A DNA stretch of 63,171 bases, filler included, from Globobulimina sp. (Eukaryota): assembly GCA_003354225.1 (NCBI GenBank). It is 49 parts of 49 records of this genome, joined end to end, with 100 filler letters (N's around TTAATTAATTAA, not from the genome) between each part and the next. Parts side by side here need not be neighbours in the genome. Positions count along the whole stretch, not along the records: positions 59,402 to 60,591 come from PIVH01021324.1; positions 60,692 to 61,881 come from PIVH01021325.1; positions 61,982 to 63,171 come from PIVH01021326.1; 46 more parts are not named here. One strand, written 5' to 3'. The translations under genes and the position numbers were made by a program. Of this stretch, positions 59,402 through 63,171 are shown piece after piece (within the stretch, counting starts at the first letter, position 1; each line of letters begins with the position of its first letter). Under the pieces are notes generated by a model. That model ran no database searches and had not been told where the DNA came from. It saw nothing but the letters and a program-made list of their open reading frames with translations.

Positions 59402-60591
59402 TACACGTCGGGATGCCGCACAGATTACAGATTTGACGGAACAAATCCAGCTCCGTCTGGCCTTGGAACGGGGCCATGTTCGTCAACATCTCGATAAACA
59501 CACAAGCGCAGCTCCAGATATCTATGCCGTACGAATACTTTGTTTCTCCCAACAAGATCTCCGGCGGCCGGTACCACGAAGTCACCACACGATTGGTCTT
59601 GATCGTGGACGAATGCGTCGAATAGTTCTCGAAAGCCAGCCCGAAGTCGCATAATTTCACCTCGCCGCTGTAATTAATCAACACATTGCTCGGCTTGACG
59701 TCGCGATGTATAATCCCGCATTGGTGGCAATGGCGCAGTCCTTCCATGATCTGCTTCAGGTAATATTTGACGACGGACTCCTTCAATTTGACATTGGCGT
59801 TGGCGCAGTCTTTGATTAGTTTCGCTAAGTCGCGGTCCATGAATTCGAACGTCATATAAAACACGGGAATGGCTTTGGTGCCGCAGACGCACCGCTTTTT
59901 GTGGAATTCCTCGGATTTGTTGTATAGTATATCGCGGATATCATCTTCCAATGTTTGCACGTCGGCGGCCTCCAACTGGTTGAATATGAGTGTGATTATT
60001 TTGCGCGATTTCTCCTCGCAATTACTGTCCGCTTCCTATGTGTTTAGGCATTGATTGTCTTGTGATTTGGTGCAAGGATTACACGGATAATTCATTACGA
60101 AACTTGTGGCATTTCCGGCGGTATGAAATGGCAGTACTTGTTGGCATATTTGTGCGCCTGTTCTGTCCATACGAGACGTAATAATTTCAGGTAAGTGTGG
60201 CTCGACACGTTACACGGCACACAGTCAAAGGTGCGGTTACTGACAACATCGATGAGATTGACGATGTTTTTGTGCTGTAATCGTTGCAGAGTTTGTAGTT
60301 CCTGGATGGCAGTGTGCGGGATTCCGATTTGGTCGTTGAATTGCTTCATTTTGTTTTTTTTTAAGTTTAAGCGATCGGACATAAAGTTGCAGTGTTTGGA
60401 GGCAATCAGGCTTTTATAGATAGTATGGTTTGGCACTGTGTCCATGGAATCTGTTTTTGTTTCTGATGCGTTGCCGTTGTTATTTGTATCCAGATTGCCG
60501 TTGCTTTGTTCTTTGCTTTCTTGATTTTCCTGTTTTTCGTCTAAATGGTAAATATAGCCATCGTCGCAACGGATGCCTTTCACGGCGACGT
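59402..60591 (-). CDS. Cyclin-dependent kinase (CDK9/12/13-like) with large inserts, partial, intron near 60037-60100
   Basis: GIPHTAIQE, LQHKNIVNL, FEFMDRDL, IIHRDVKPSN, CDFGLA and TNRVVTSWYRPPEILLG. Confidence 0.85.
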
Positions 60592-61233
60592 NNNNNNNNN
60601 NNNNNNNNNNNNNNNNNNNNNNNNNNNNNNNNNNNTTAATTAATTAANNNNNNNNNNNNNNNNNNNNNNNNNNNNNNNNNNNNNNNNNNNNTCATAGCCG
60701 TACCTGGGTCACCGGACTTATCCGCACTTATTTGAGTGGATTGATTGCTCGAAATTGTTATAAGTGAATTGCTGATTTAATGTAAGGCGCTCCGCATTCA
60801 TCTGACCATTAATCATAAGTTTAAAGATAGCTTCAAACGCATTTTCTAATTCCGTATACCAGCCTTTTGCTTCCATAGTTGCATAATATGATTGTTTGAA
60901 ATGCCAATAATTCCAGAGCTGCACAGTCGATTTGCGCTGTTTCTATCTTTTTTGTTTGGTGTAAGTCCGTAATGGTCGTTTTTTCCGCAATTTGTACCGT
61001 CTGGAACTTTGTTTGTGTACTTTTCTTATTGTCCATTTTAATTTGCTTATTTGACTATTTATGCTTTTTGTTCGGATGATAGTATTAGTATGGTTAACAA
61101 ATAGTTTTCGAATTAAGATTTTTTCTGAAACCAAACAAAAACACACCCCACACTTCCTTCCTTCACACATCTCCTACACCTACACTTACACTCGTTCGTT
61201 TCGTTGTTTTTCAAATTAGATTAAAATTAAAAA

Positions 61234-61881
61234 ATGGCCGATGATGATGAGGCAGCAGCCATTGTAATTGATAATGGCAGTGGTATGATGAAGGCCGGTT
61301 TTGCCGGCGATGATGCTCCGCGAGCAGTCTTTCCATCGATTGTGGGTCGACCGCGTCATCAGGGCGTCATGGTAGGAATGGGGCAGAAAGACTGTTATGT
61401 CGGCGATGAGGCGCAGGCAAAGAGAGGTATTTTGTCCTTGAAATATCCGGTCGAACATGGCATTGTTAATAATTGGGATGATATGGAAAAAGTATGGTAT
61501 GTTTAATAAAATAAATAAATGCGAATTTGCGTGAATAAAATCAACAAATATATAAAATATAAAATTAAGGCATCATACCTTTTATAATGAATTGCGAGTG
61601 GCCCCGGAAGAACATTCCATTTTATTGACCGAAGCCCCATTAAATCCCAAAGCAAACCGCGAGAAAATGACTCAAATTATGTTTGAAACCTTCAATACGC
61701 CGGCTTTTTATGTGGCGATTCAAGCGGTGCTCTCGTTGTACGCTTCGGGCCGAACCACGGGAATTGTGTTAGATTCGGGTGACGGCGTAACTCATTGTGT
61801 GCCCATTTACGAAGGGTATTGTTTGCCGCATGCTGTGTTGCGCTTAGATTTGGCGGGCCGAGATATCACCGAATATTTAAA
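61234..61881 (+). CDS. ACT: Actin, 3' partial; intron 61497-61569
   Basis: [41 protein letters not shown]...[16 protein letters not shown]...DSGDGVTH. Confidence 0.97.
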
Positions 61882-61981
61882 NNNNNNNNNNNNNNNNNNN
61901 NNNNNNNNNNNNNNNNNNNNNNNNNTTAATTAATTAANNNNNNNNNNNNNNNNNNNNNNNNNNNNNNNNNNNNNNNNNNNN

Positions 61982-62119
61982 TAAACCTATGATAATTCCT
62001 TTGGGCCTTTTGATTCTCTCAACAAATTGTTTTGTATCAATGACGCTTGTTAGAGATGCAAGAAGTGCTATAATACACAACAATGACACAAAAGTATCAG
62101 CATTCGCTTCTATTGCCAT
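61982..62119 (-). CDS. Possible bile acid:sodium symporter (SLC10/BASS) N-terminus
   Basis: MAIEANADTFVSLLCIIALLASLTSVIDTKQFVERIKRPKGIIIGL resembles the F....KRPxGI.IGL motif. Confidence 0.5.
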
Positions 62120-62153
62120 AGCTAAAAAAACTATATGTGAAGTAAAAAAAACC

Positions 62154-63171
62154 ATGTGCGACAGTTTGAAGAAAGTATTTTGGTGCTTCAATGAACAGGA
62201 TAAAGTGCGTAAGAAAAGTATGCAACAACTAGAGGTTCATCCAGATGACATACACATTGATATTTCAAATCCAATGTTGAAATATAAAGCCGCAAAATAT
62301 ACTTATCACTATGGTTTATTATGGTTATTACCAATGAGTATTTTGCTAACAATTTTAGGTAAGCTTATTTTAATGCAAATCCATTGCAATTGATTTAATT
62401 GTACAATAATTTTAATATGACACATTTGTGCAGGCAACACTGATAAATTAGGCAGACCAGAAACGGAAAGTGGCAGATTGGCAATATCAGTGATTGTGAT
62501 ATTTGTATTGTTTGCCATAATTGTTATTTGTTTATCTGTGTCGATCGGATATTATTGGCGATCAAAAGCAAAACAACCAGGTTTACTCCAATTGAAATCG
62601 TCCATTTCTTTGGGTTCTATTGGTTCCATCAATGATTTATTCGATATCCCCAATCCAATGCTAAATCAAACTTCAGAGCCCGCCATATATGAAGTTTATA
62701 CCCTCGATAGGTATTATTATGGAATAATATTAATTTTCTATTTTATCTATACTGCACTCAATATTTTAGTAACAGAGATTGGATTTTATTTAATTGATGA
62801 AACTATTTGTTATAACCGAGAGACATTATCACCAAAAATGATTGCAAAATGTGTGGTAAATCAATCCAATTTTGCAAAAGTTTACATTATCATTATTTGT
62901 GTAATGGTGACTGGAACGTCATACTTTGAAGTCAGCACAAATTGTAAAATCAGTTAAGTTGTAGAAATTTAAATAGCATACAGTACATTTTTGAATTAAT
63001 ATTCGCTTTTTATTTATTTTAGGAACAGAAACAATTAAAAACAGCGTATTGGGGTTCAACAATTTAGACGAAAATGAAGCAAGTGAGAAAATACAGGAAA
63101 TAGATGAAAGGATTCAAGACAAATTAAAGAAGTGGAAAAAATCCAAGAGTTTAAATGAACGCAAGGGAGAA
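62154..63171 (+). CDS. Multi-exon, multi-pass membrane protein, 3' partial
   Basis: ATG at 62154; a GTAAG...CAG intron (~62359-62432) joins to the TM-rich ORF 62478-62957. Confidence 0.5.

Noticed and set aside
60718-61036. Gene divergent from actin
   Set aside because: Split across overlapping frames with no recognisable homology.
1193-61981. Regularly spaced TTAATTAATTAA as a CRISPR-like or biological repeat
   Set aside because: Always embedded in N44 padding; it is an artificial six-frame-stop linker.
1-63171. Alternative nuclear genetic code (stop reassignment)
   Set aside because: Conserved genes have no in-frame stops once introns are removed and end in TAA, TAG or TGA; internal stops are sporadic and often accompany frameshifts.

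Overview
This is not a contiguous locus. It is a concatenation of about 49 unrelated ~1.19-kb contigs (1192 to 1190 bp, apparently length-sorted), each joined by an artificial 100-nt spacer (N44-TTAATTAATTAA-N44), so adjacency across spacers means nothing. Most contigs come from an AT-rich protist with short (about 48-100 nt) GT-AG introns, the standard genetic code and very tight intergenic spacing. Gene style and expanded families suggest a foraminiferan/rhizarian (inference). Recognisable genes include IPPK, an IP6K/IPMK-family kinase, a class II HDAC, GMPR, a DUSP, DNAL1, a Ras-like GTPase, a GH99 endomannosidase, ERCC1, CK1, MCM2, a CDK and actin. A minority of contigs look like animal or mobile-element DNA (DIRS-type tyrosine recombinase, non-LTR RT, palindromic repeats, an ShKT pseudogene). 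A fold-back and several in-contig junctions to bacterial-like fragments suggest whole-genome-amplification or assembly chimeras. The most interesting items are: a Bcl-2 homologue directly upstream of a Polinton/adintovirus-like penton ORF; a possible gustatory-receptor-like 7TM channel; a plant-type (PLS-like) PPR fragment; a prokaryote-type SLOG protein; ART-like family fragments; and several hairpin/MITE-like repeat families. No rRNA, tRNA or CRISPR array was seen. All family calls are by-eye motif recognition; no searches were run.
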